A stretch of DNA of 64,000 nt from Octopus sinensis (Eukaryota). A program made the translations under genes and the position numbers. The notes below the pieces were generated by a model. The model had not been told where the DNA came from. It did not search any database and was given only the letters and a program-made list of their open reading frames with translations. Numbering within the stretch: position 1 is the first letter of the stretch; every line of letters starts with the position of its first letter. The stretch covers positions 17,607,360 to 17,671,359 of the forward strand of contig NC_043019.1 in NCBI RefSeq assembly GCF_006345805.1. Reading direction: 5' to 3'. This document shows, one piece after another, positions 42,341 to 53,804 of this stretch.

Positions 42341-42558
42341 AAGGTGGTGAGCTGGCAGAATCGTTAGCATTCCAGGATAAATAAATGCTCAGGGGTATTT
42401 CATCTGTCTGCACATCCTAAGTTAAAATTCTGTCAAGGTTGACTTTGCCTTTTATCCTTTCAGGGTTGATAAAATAAACACTAGTTGAGTACTGAGGCAG
42501 ATGTAATCGACTGTCCCCCTCCCCTTGAACTTCAGGGCTTGTGCCTGTTGTAGAAAGG

Positions 42559-42591
<33 letters not shown>

Positions 42592-43180
42592 TAAGGTGGC
42601 AGAATTATTAGAATGCTGGATGAAATGCTTAGCAGTATTTCGCCCATCACTATGCTCTGGTTTCGAATTCCACCGAGGTCAGCTTTGTATTTCATTCTAT
42701 CGGGGTCGATTAAATAAATACCAGTTATGCACTGGGGTCGATGTAATCAACTTAATCTCCTCCCCTAAGCTGCCCTTTTGGCAAAAATTTGAAATCATCA
42801 TCATCATCATCATTAATATTATCGCTATTATTATTATTTAAGGTGGTGAGCTGGCAGAACTGTTAGCATGTCAGTCAAAATGCTTTGCAGTCTTTTGCCT
42901 GTCTTTATGTTCTGAGTTCAAATTCTGCCGAGGTCGACTTTACCTTTCATCCTTTTGAGGTTGATAAAATATGTACCAGTTGCATACTGGGTCGATGTAA
43001 TCAACTATCCCTCTCCCCCAAATTTCAGGCCTTGTACCCACAGCAGAAAGGATTATTATTATTATTATAATTATTAAGGCGGTGAGCTGGCAGAGTTGTT
43101 AGCACGCCAGACAAAATGCTTAGCAGTATTTCATCCATTTTCATGTTCTGAGTTCAATTTCTGCTTGAGTCGATAAAATA
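42341..43180 (+). mobile_element. Head-to-tail array of four family C SINEs joined by (ATT)/(ATC)n
   Basis: Heads AAGG(T/C)GG(T/C)..AGAA at ~42341, 42593, 42840 and 43076, each preceded by a trinucleotide tract. Confidence 0.8.
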
Positions 43181-45035
43181 TCCAACTGGATTTTCCAATT
43201 GTGGACATGGATGAACTACATTGGGTCATCTGGGTTGTAGCTACATAGAATTTACTGTTGGCCAGTAAATAAAGATAGCATAAGTTGTTCACTTTATAAA
43301 ATTGTTGGCCACGCTGACCACAAAATTGTGATCTCTACAGTTGACCTAGATAGGTTATGTAGGCAGGGACCCTATTACTGGAAGCTGAACACATCACTCT
43401 TGGGTGCCAGGCTTATACAAACTGGATTAATGAATTAGTCAAGTGGGCATTGACAGGGTCGGTCATCAACAACAAATGGCATTTTGCCTTAGAATGGTTA
43501 ATTAGAGTAGAATCAATTAGGTTTAGCAAGGCATTAGCAATATAAAGAAATAGAATAGAGAGAAACTTAGTTAAAAACTTAGAAGAGGCACTTAAGAAAG
43601 GCATGTGCTTGCAGTGAGATTGGCCCTTGACCAATTCTTCAATGGTAAGCATAAAAGTGACATTGTCAAAGCTGAGACACACGCTGTAAGACACAAGGGA
43701 ATGAAAGCTGATTGATGTGCCTCAGTGGAGGAGGTGCAGTGTGGTAACAGAGTCACAATTTGGTCATAGGTAGACCGAAATTGCTCCCTGTTACTTGGGC
43801 CTGAGCAGATGTGTGCAGCATTTCAGTAACCCTCTGCTCAACTTTTTGGGACAAATGATAGACTGGAACGCACGATGGTCTTCAGTGTCTACCTTAATGG
43901 CAAGGGGGCTGGTGCATTGTGAAGGAGTGATAACAGCTTGGAAATATGCTGAGAGCTTTTTTATGAACTTAACTTCAAAAACCACTTATTGTTAGCTTTG
44001 AGTAATCTAATCCACTTCTAATTTCCAATAAAATTTTGATGCAGATTTTAATTTGTAAATCCATCATTCCTGTTCAGTAAATAGGTTACCTTCTTTTTTT
44101 CTTAAATTGAAATTTTAATTCCAATCCAATTAAAACAAGCTAAAATAGCAAAAAAAAGTGAGAGCGTGGATTGTAATTTCATTTCAGTTTGAATTACATT
44201 TTAATTTTAATTTCAGTTTTTAAAATAATTTTTTTTGTTGTTGTTTCCTTCCTCAACCATAGTTACACTTACACACTTCTATGCACACACAACTTCCTAC
44301 AGATACACACATATGCACAGAAGAACTAGTCTATCTATCAAAACATACACACGTATTGTTTTTTCCATGAGCTATCAGAATTTTCACCATAAGTGCAGGC
44401 ATGGGTGTGTGGTAAGAAGCTTACTTTCTGACAACATGGTTCTGGGTTCAGTCCCACTGCGTGGCACCTTCGGCAAGTGTCTGCTACTATAGCCTTGAGC
44501 AGCCCAAGTCCTTGTGAGCAGATCTGGTTGACAGAAACTGAATGTATATATGCCATGTAAAAGTGCCTGTGCAGTGTCATGTAAAAGCACCCGTTACACT
44601 CTCAGAGCGGTTGGCATGTCAGGAACCATCCCAAATCAGACTGGAGTCTGGTGCAGCTCTCCTGCTTGCCAGCTCTGGTCAAACTGTCCAACCCATGCCA
44701 GCATGGACAATGGATTTTAAATGTGTGTGTGTGTGTGTATATAGATATATCTGTGTGTGTGTTTGTCCTTTACCAACATTTGACAACTGGTGTTCCCACA
44801 ACTTAACAGTTCAGTAAAAGAGACTGATAGAGTAAGTACCAGGCTTAAAAAAAAAAGTACTGAAGCTAATTCATTCGATTAAAAATTCTTCAAAGTGATG
44901 CCCCATCATGGCCGGCAGTCCTATGACAGACACCAGAATCAGGATGCTGAGCACAGCTTCATCAGTTATTTGAAACTCACCTCTAAGTTCCAGAAAGTCG
45001 TAGTGGAATTGTGTCAGGGACCAAGTTGCAGTAAT

Positions 45036-45428
45036 ACTCTTTTACTTTTTTTGCTTGTTTCAGTCATTTGACTGTGGCCATGCTGGAGCACCGCCTTTAG
45101 TCGAGCAAATCGACCCCAGGACTTATTCTTTGTAAGCCTAGTACTTATTCTATTGGTCTCTTTTGCCGAACCGCTAAGTTACGGGGACCTAAACACACCA
45201 GCATCGGTTGTCAAGCAATGTTGGAGGGGACAAACACACACACACACACATATATATACATATATACAACAGGCTTCTTTCAGTTTCCGTCTACCAAATC
45301 CACTCACAAGGCATTGGTCGGCCCGATGCTATAGTAGAAGACACTTGCCCAAGGTGCCACGCAGTGGGACTGAACCTGGAATCATGTGGTTGGTAAGCAA
45401 GCTACTTACCACACGGCCACTCCTATGC
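45036..45428 (-). mobile_element. tRNA-type SINE (family B)
   Basis: Colinear with the other family B copies. Confidence 0.8.
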
Positions 45429-46439
45429 CTACACAGTGAAAATTTCAGCACTTCACAAAATATATTAGCATTTATAAATGACTAAAATAGCTCTTTCACC
45501 ATGCAATTGTTTAATTTAGGGTTTTCGTATTTTAAAAAGATGATAACATGAGTAGAAAAAAAATATCTTGTTTCTTTTATATTACAAAGTTTAAAGGCCT
45601 TTAGTTGTTTACATATATTTATATTTCAAGAGATAATATTTATCCCCCACTTGAACAGAGTATAGTTTGTTCCAACAGAACATCCTCATTTAAGTAGGGA
45701 TAGATGTTACCTGTCAGTATTAATAACTGCCTCTGTTGCTAATATATATTGTGTTTAACAAACTCATTGGCTAATCATGACACAAGTGTCTGCTCTGGCC
45801 CTGTGATTGCATGCATCATTGGCAAGGAAATAAGTCACTGCATCCCTAGTGGTCAAGCGTCCATCATTGAGAAGACCAAGGAAGGTCAAAATCATGTCAT
45901 CTGGTGGTCTTGGCACCAGAGATACAGTGAGGATTCATCTCCTTGCTAGTGATATAAACGAGAATGTATTTTGCCAATATGAGAGTTTCTCTCGTGGTTT
46001 TTACCACAGTATAGTCTGTTCTAACAGAACACCCATGTTTATGTGGGGATAAATATTACCTCTCGTTATTAATACTGCCTCTCTTGCTAATATATATTTT
46101 TATTTCATTATCTCTATTTTATTTGTTTTTGTTTTTTAAATTTATGCTTTACAAATAATATTTTGCATCTGTTAAATTCAACATTTTATAAATGCTCAGT
46201 GCAGGTTTTATTCTGTTTTATTCAGGTGAGTTACTAGTGTTATGTCATAGTTTCTAGAGCATTCTGTGCACCACAACAAAGTCTGCTAAATGTTTTCTTA
46301 TCTATAGCTATATAAATTTATGTATGTATGTATGCTTGAATATTTCTTTGTAGAACAAATATTTGTGGAAAAAAATCTTTTTGGGAATTTTTAAAACTTT
46401 TTTCTATTAGTATTGTTGTCACTGTTGGTGTTGTTGTTG

Positions 46440-46473
<34 letters not shown>

Positions 46474-46489
46474 CATTATTATTATTATT

Positions 46490-47109
46490 AAAATGCCCAG
46501 AAGCCTTTTTTTTTGTCCATCTTTATGTTCTGAGTTCAAATTTTTCCTCTGAGGTCGACTTTGCATTTCATCCTTTCGGGGCCGATAAAATAAATATCAG
46601 TTAAACATTGGGGTTGATGTAATCAACTCATCCCCTCCCACCAATATTGCTGCCATTGTGGCAAAATTTTAAACTATTATTATTATTAAGGTGAAGAGCT
46701 GGATGAAATGCATAGTGGTATTTCACTTGTCACTATGTTCTGAGTTCAAATTCTGCCTAGGCCGACTTTACTTTTTATCCTTTCGGGGTCGATAAATGAA
46801 GTACCAGTGAAACACTGGGGTTAATGCATTGACTTGTTCCCTTCCCCAAAGTTTCAGGTCTTCTTCTTGTAGTAGAAAGGCTTATTATTATTAGTAAGGT
46901 GAAAAGCTGGCAGGATCATTAGTACACCAGGTAAAAGGCTTAGCAACATTTCATCTGTTTTTATGTTCTGAGTTTAAAATCTGCTGATATTGTCTTTGCC
47001 TTTCGTCCTTTTGGAGTTGATAAACTTAGTACCTGTTAAACACTGGGATCAATGTAATTGACTAGTCCCCTCCCCCAAAATTTCAGGCCTTGTGCCTATA
47101 GTAGAAAAG

Positions 47110-47160
<51 letters not shown>
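46490..47160 (+). mobile_element. Head-to-tail array of about three family C SINEs with (ATT)n spacers
   Basis: The body motif TGTTCTGAGTTCAAATT..CTTTCATCCTTT repeats at ~46525, 46735 and 46965, with a long (ATT)n at 47108-47160. Confidence 0.75.
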
Positions 47161-47164
<4 letters not shown>

Positions 47165-47165
<1 letters not shown>

Positions 47166-49530
47166 GTAATGTTTTGGAGTTTTGGTTTGTCTATGTTTTT
47201 AAACATGCCTAGTGCACCTATTATTATAAGGATTACTTCTGTCTTCAGAAAGATCTATTTCCAGATCTTTGTATTTTGAGAGTTTCTCCATTTGTTTTAG
47301 AGATACATTATTATCTGTTCAGAGTAATATGTCAATTAGAAGGCATTTTGTTTTTCTTGGTGGTCCCTGACAACAATATCTGGCCCATTAGCCTTGATCT
47401 CTCTGTGTGTATTAGCATATCTCAGAGTATGGTTCCTTTGTCCCTTTCTGAGGCCTTTTCTGGCATATGCCTATAACAATCTTTTTCCTGATGTTATTCC
47501 ATAATACTGGCACAGCTTCCAGTGTATTTAAGTTCCAATCTTCCATGTCTGTGAATGTATTCCTTCTTGGCCAGGACTGGGTAACCAGATGCAATATGAT
47601 TTTCTTGTTTCTTCCTCATCACCACATATTCTGCAGTTACTTGTATTTTTCTTCATTGTGTGTTTTTTGAAGTTTCTGGTGGAGAGACTTTGATCTTCTG
47701 CCACAGTGAAAAACCCTTCAATCTCTGCTTTGGGATCCAAACTTCTCAACCAGTCTTTGTCTATTTCTCTTTTTGTTTAGCTTATCCCTGTATTTACCCA
47801 TGCAAGGGCTTTTCTTGCCATAGTATTATCCTGGTATTTTGTAGTTCCTGTTTTAGTTTAGATTTTTTGTTGCTTTACAGCTTTTGATGTTTCTTCCTCT
47901 TTGTACTTTTCTGTTTTCTCAAAGAATGAAAAACAGTTTGTTTTGCTCATGCTTTGTGGGTTTTTATTCCAGTTTTCCTTGGATCTGAATAAGATGTTTC
48001 TGTATTCCGATGTGGTTACTTTATAGTAGTTTTCTAGTTGTATAAGGCCCCTACTACCTTCAATTTATTGTGTATATAACCTTTCTACATCAAATTTTGG
48101 GGGTCTATTCTATATTCCATCATTATTTTACTTGTTTCCCTGTTTAGTTTGGCTTGTTCTTTTGTTTTCTTTTTGTTGCTTATTAGTGTTGATTGTCTAC
48201 TGATTTCGTTAAGAATTGACAGATCTTTTCTCATTTTTTGTAATTTTTTTTTGGGGGGGGGGATGTTATTTATCCACAGGGTTTGTTTGGGTGGTGGTAC
48301 TCCTGTTTGGATGGGTTTGGGGGAGTATCCAGCTTCTTTTGTGGCTACAGTGGCTGCTGCATATACTAAGTCATTTAGTTCAGTGATATTGCTATTTGTT
48401 TCAGTGGCTATTAGTTCTGTGATGGCTAGGTTTCTGCTATTTATTATTGATGTTGTTTTTTTGTCTATTTTGATTTTTGGGAGGTATGGTTGGTGGTCTA
48501 TTCTGAGATCTGTGGTATTCAGTTCTTTGATTATTCTACTTTTTATAGTATAATAATCATTAGGCTCCCCTTTGTTGTTTCCAGGTTTTAGATTTGTGTC
48601 GCTTTCTTTTCATTCATATGTTTGTCTGTCGTGTTTTGGTTTGCTGCTTTTCATACATTATTATGCATCCCTACAGTCTGGGTTTGTTGTTTTTTGTTTA
48701 CTTCGTTTTTGTTGGAAATGTTACCTTTGTCTTCATGTTTTACTATCTCAGTGTTTATATTATTTGGCATTGTTGTGTGGCTTCTATCTACATTTACCTG
48801 ATGTATTTTTTCTTTTAAATGTTCTATTTCTGATATTTTTTTTTTGCGTTGAGAATATATCTTCGAATGTTAGCTAGTTTATTAGGGTTCATTGCTGTAT
48901 CCAAGTCTTTATTTAGGTTATTTTTCTTCCATATTTTATATGTATATGTTGTTGTGTTTTCATTCTTTGGGTAGAGCACTGCTGTAAAGTAAGCGTATAG
49001 GATTGAAATATATTCCTCACGTGTCCATTTGTGCCTTTTTAGTATTATTTGTGGGACATGAGGAACAACGTCTGGCCCTTTGTTTTGACGGTCATCATTT
49101 TCGTAGGATACCAGTCCGTTCATTTCTGTTGTCACATTGTTCTGCACGTGTAGTTTTTCGTACTTTTTGTGTAGCAAGTTTAAAGTACGCACTTCCCGAT
49201 TGTTATTCTTGGGTTGAATAATACCGGTATTATTTAATTTATTTGTAATTTTTTTGTACATGGTGTTTGGGGCCGGAGATGGTATGGTGTTGATGGATCG
49301 TAATGTACCAAGCATGTTTACATGTGCTTTGCGAGAGGTGGAGATGATATCGAGTTAAAATACATCATTTCGTTTGGAAAATAGAAATAAATTTCAATGA
49401 GTATTACTTACTCGGATATAGTCCAATCCTTTGTCAGCTATTTTTTGGTTCCATGCAATGTCTTTATTTTCGATGTTTGTGGATAGATTTCGGAGCACTG
49501 TTTTATCGCTCTCACATGTTAAACGTCCCC
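47165..49530 (-). mobile_element. R4/Dong-clade (restriction-like endonuclease) non-LTR element lacking the RT core
   Basis: Minus strand: N-terminal KWTREEY..ILYAY..IW..KLANIRRYI, then LNDLVYAAA..LWI..RKDLSIL, then directly DVERLY..GSRGLIQLE, AEIEGFFTVAEDQSL.TRN and CRICG..EET (zinc knuckle). Flanked by (ATT)n on both sides. Confidence 0.8.
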
Positions 49531-49545
49531 CGGTGTTCCTTATTA

Positions 49546-49576
<31 letters not shown>

Positions 49577-49584
49577 AATACCCA

Positions 49585-50330
49585 GAAGGCATCAACCTAG
49601 CAGAATCGTTAGTGTGTTGGACAAAATGCTTAGTAGCATTTCTTCTGACTCTTTACATTCTGAGTTCAAATTCCGCTGAGGTTCAATTTGCCTTTCATAC
49701 TTTTGGGATTGATAAAATAAATACCAGTTGAGTACTGGGGTCAATATAATCAACTTACCCCTGCTCTCCCAAACTTGCTGGTCTTGCATCAAAATTTGAA
49801 ACTATTATTATTATTATTATTATTATTTCCTTCCAGGATAAAAAAAATAAAGTACCAGTCAAGTACTAGAATCAATGGTATTGACTACCCTCACCTTGCA
49901 CATGCACCAAAATTGTCAATGTTGTACCTGATTCAGAAACAATTGTTGTTGTTATTATTTTTATAGCTTAATTCATTTGCCTGTTTTTCTTTTCTTTCCT
50001 GTTATTTTAGATTCTATGGAAGAAAATCCTACAGAAGACAACTCCCATCATGGTAGTGGGACTTTACCAGCCAGGTAGGTTTCTCATCTCTCTCTCTCTC
50101 TCTGAAACACATGCATACACAAATTTCCAAATAAATGTCTGTTGGCTTTATGAGGTCAATCTACTGCAGAAATCCTTTCTTCATGTTCTGAGTTCAAATT
50201 CTACTGAGGTTCACTTTTCCCTTTCATCCTTTCAAGACTGATAAAATAAGTACCAGTTGAGTACTGGGGGCTTGATGTCATTGACTCACTACCTCCCCTG
50301 AAATTGCTGACCATGTGCCAAAATTTGAAA
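49585..50330 (+). mobile_element. Family C SINE copies flanking the 50011 exon
   Basis: Body matches at ~49585-49800, 49840-49910 and 50170-50330. Confidence 0.7.
50011..50074 (+). CDS. TMCC: TMCC-family coding exon (64 nt, phase 1-2): DSMEENPTEDNSHHGSGTLPA-(S)
   Basis: Strong pyrimidine tract + TTTTAG acceptor and CAG|GTAGGT donor. The phase bridges the 30073 and 60790 exons exactly, and DSMEE resembles TMCC DSLEE. Confidence 0.8.
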
Positions 50331-51397
50331 TCACAGGGGTGGCCAAATTGCAACTTATCAGTTGAGACTTGTACATTTAAGTCACTTGGGGACTTCGTCT
50401 GGTCGTAACTCCTTTCCGTTGACTCAGCTTTGAAGCTCATACTTGAAGAAGAAATAATATTTGTTGTCATGGTAATGGTGAAACATTAATACTGTCACGA
50501 TGACTCCATCAAAGTTACTTTCCTTAGTGTTAAAATATGAAAATATTGCCTTCATGTGGTATGGATATTGTTTTCTTCCTCCTTGACTAGATCCAGCTGC
50601 AACATCTCTTTGCTGTCTCTCATATTGCCTTTAGGGCTTTGGCATTCCCCAACTGTTTCAAATAACTCCTAATATAAAACTGTAATGAATATTTTTAATT
50701 AATTTGCACCCCTTCTATTTTAGTTTTGTACTCTCTTTCTCAACGTATTTCCCTTTCAAATTTTAACCATATAGATACATATAACTTAGCGGTTCGGCAA
50801 AAGGGACCGATAGAATAAGTACTGGGCTTACAAAGAATAAGTCCCGGGGGTCGAGTTGATCGATTAAAGGCGGTGCTCCAGCATGGCCACAGCCAAAATG
50901 ACTGAAACACGTAAAAAAAAAAAATAAAAAATAAAAAAAATAACTGCATATGGATTTGTTATTTTCATCTCTCTTTCTTTCAGAACATGCTACAGTGTAT
51001 CGCATGCACTTGAAAGTGGCAACAAATAGGAACATTTATTTTATCTTTTCCTACTTGTCTGCCACTTTTCATAATGGCCATCAGCGCATCATCCATTATC
51101 TGCTTAGAATAATATTGATATAACTATTAACTCAATAATTTATATTGTTTTACTTGATGACGGATCCCTCACCATCAGCAACGAATAACAGAAACAATTC
51201 TAAAATGATAACGCTAGATCTTCAGTGTTGAAGGTTGGAACGGTAGGAAACAGAGGGATTAGGGAGATTTAAGGTTGGTAAGGGTTTCAGAAGGATATCA
51301 GGAGTCTGATGTTAGGGGTAAGTGGGTTAAACATTCATGTGCACTGAGAGGGGATGAGACTGGTCACGGATAGCCCAAACCACACTCTTATGTATAT

Positions 51398-51626
51398 ATT
51401 TCTTTACTACCCACAAGGGGCTAAACATAGAGGGTACAAACAAGGACAGGCAAATGGATTAAGTCGATTGCATCGACCCCAGTGTGTAACTGGTACTTAA
51501 TTTATCGACCCCCGAAAGGATGAAAGGCAAAGTCGATGCGGCGGAATTTGAACTCAGAACGTAACGGCAGATGAAATACGGCTACACATTTCGCCCGGTG
51601 TGCTAACCACTCTGCCAGCTCACCGC
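51398..51626 (-). mobile_element. SINE family C with Tx1-like tail and 13-bp TSD
   Basis: CTCTTATGTATAT occurs at 51385-51397 and 51627-51639. Confidence 0.85.
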
Positions 51627-51950
51627 CTCTTATGTATATGAATGGAGTTTAATACTTAGCTATTCAACCATTCATACCTTGTTTGTAGACTTTGGATACA
51701 AGTTTTGTTTATAAGTGTCTGTAAAACAGTTGCAAAGGAAGATGGCATCATCAGCTTGTAAGACGTGAAGATAAGATATGAAGATGAAAATAGAGACATT
51801 TAGCCAGAGTGGGGGAAGATTTTGCATTCATCAATAAAGGAGGCAAAACCTTTATGTCTTATTTATCAGATTTCACTTTAGTCATCACAAAGCCAACAAC
51901 TTGAAACACCACTGTGAAGCAAATCATGGAAACTTTTCACATGGTTATTT

Positions 51951-52379
51951 GGATCTTTTCGGTTTGAACAGCAGTTTTTTCTAGCAGTGTCATATGAAAT
52001 TGTCACCCATAATTATGACCCTAGTATCGATCTATTGCATTTCAATCTATTTTAGGGTTAGGGTTAGTTAGTGTTAGGGGTGGGGAGAAGGGTATCTTTT
52101 TTTTCTTCTCAAATGTAAATAAACCCAATCTGTTTCTTAAACGAGGGACATATTCATACGGCACAGAATGTTTTTTTTACCTCAATGGACGTCATTGATT
52201 GGTTGAAATTGCAGAAATTGAAGAAAAAAACAACAAATATCTTACAAACCATAGAATTTTCTCAATAAAGCCAAGAGAAAAAGATGTTTTATAAACACAT
52301 TCTACCAGTATACGAAGTTTAAAAGTCTTTAGTTATCTAGAAATTATGTTAAAAACTGCCGTTCAAACCGAAAAGATCC
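51951..52379. mobile_element. MITE with GGATCTTTTCGGTTTGAAC TIRs
   Basis: The terminal ~28-bp inverted repeats are visible directly. Internal TTAGGG-like repeats lie at 52052-52079. Confidence 0.8.
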
Positions 52380-52765
52380 AATTATCCTCCTAAATCAGAA
52401 TTAACGAAAAATGAATTAACAGTGTTAAAACCATCTCTAAATAGCTAGCAGACATGATTGACAATGTTCAGTAAGGAATCCGATATCAATGAAGCCAGTT
52501 TGGTTATATTGTGGAATGCTGTTTGTGCTGAATGCTCATATTCTGAATGAATATAACTGCAGTTGTTGCAGTATTAGATCCAAGGAACACCAAACTTCAG
52601 CCACTAATAAGCTCAAGCCACCGGTTCCATGTCACACTGCAGAGAGGCATATTCTTAGATTAGTGCTGATGCTGCAAGTAGAATGCAGAAGGATTTAAGA
52701 TATTCCCTTGCATTCAGTTTAGCAACTGATTAATCGACTGACATACAAGAGAACCTACAACTGGT

Positions 52766-52977
52766 ACTCTCTTTTACTCTTTTACTTGTTTCAGTCATTT
52801 GACTGCGGCCATGCTGGAGCACCGCCTTTAATCGAGCAACTAAACCCAAGGACTTATTCCAGTACTTATTCCATCGGTCTCTTTTGCCGAACCGCTAAGT
52901 GACGGGGACGTAAACACACCAGCATCGGTTGTCAAGCAATGCTAGGGGGACAAACACAGACACACAAACACACACGA

Positions 52978-53012
<35 letters not shown>

Positions 53013-53111
53013 CATATACGACAGGCTTCTTTCAGTTTCCGTCTACCAAATTCACTCACAAGGCATTGGTCGGCCCGGGGCTATAGAAGAAGACACTTGC
53101 CCAAGATGCCA
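52766..53111 (-). mobile_element. SINE family B, 5'-truncated
   Basis: Tail and body match family B, but the tRNA-like head is missing. Further 3' fragments lie at ~35240-35345 and ~50786-50915. Confidence 0.75.
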
Positions 53112-53708
53112 GTGTTTGTTTGTTTGTGTTTTTTCTGAGTTAATTGTTTAAGAAAGGATGTTGGATTTAGTGGAATTGGGAAAAGCAACTCGTGGTTTTC
53201 TCATAATGCCTTAATGGACCCTTAACAGATCCTGGTGTTTCACTGAACAAAGCTTGTCAGTGTTGCAGCAGATGGTGTCCCTGCAATGGTTATGAAGTAC
53301 ACAGCATTAATTGCACTTTAAAAAGTGATCCCAGATTTCTGGAAATCCTCCCTGTTCATAGAATTATTGATCATGAACACTTCAGGTATGATACTTCAGG
53401 TATGAAGATGTAATGAAATCTGTTCTTGAACTTATGAATTTCCTACATTTAAATGGGGGGAAAAAAACCTATACTAGTGCTCAAAAGATTTGAACTTAAA
53501 CTCTGAAATCTTTATCAAAGATTAAGGTCCATAGGGTAAAGAGTGGCTTTGAGCTGATATGGAGATAGTGATGCAGATAAACACAATGAAGCTTTATGTA
53601 TATAAAATTATACCTGTACACAGATACACACACACACACACACACACATGCATATAAATAGATACATATAACTAAATATATTCAGATGATAAACACATTT
53701 GTACAAGC

Positions 53709-53761
<53 letters not shown>

Positions 53762-53804
53762 CAAAAACAGAACACAAAATAATAATAATAATAATAATTA
53801 ATTC

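Noticed and set aside
43200-44000. Possible LINE RT fragment on the minus strand (RSTYDQIVTL)
   Set aside because: A single weak motif resemblance is not enough to call.
48149-48877. Hydrophobic plus-strand ORFs resembling membrane proteins
   Set aside because: They are antisense to the A-rich coding strand of the R4/Dong element.
52052-52079. Interstitial telomere or chromosome fusion scar
   Set aside because: There are only a few degenerate units, and they are enclosed within a MITE's TIRs.
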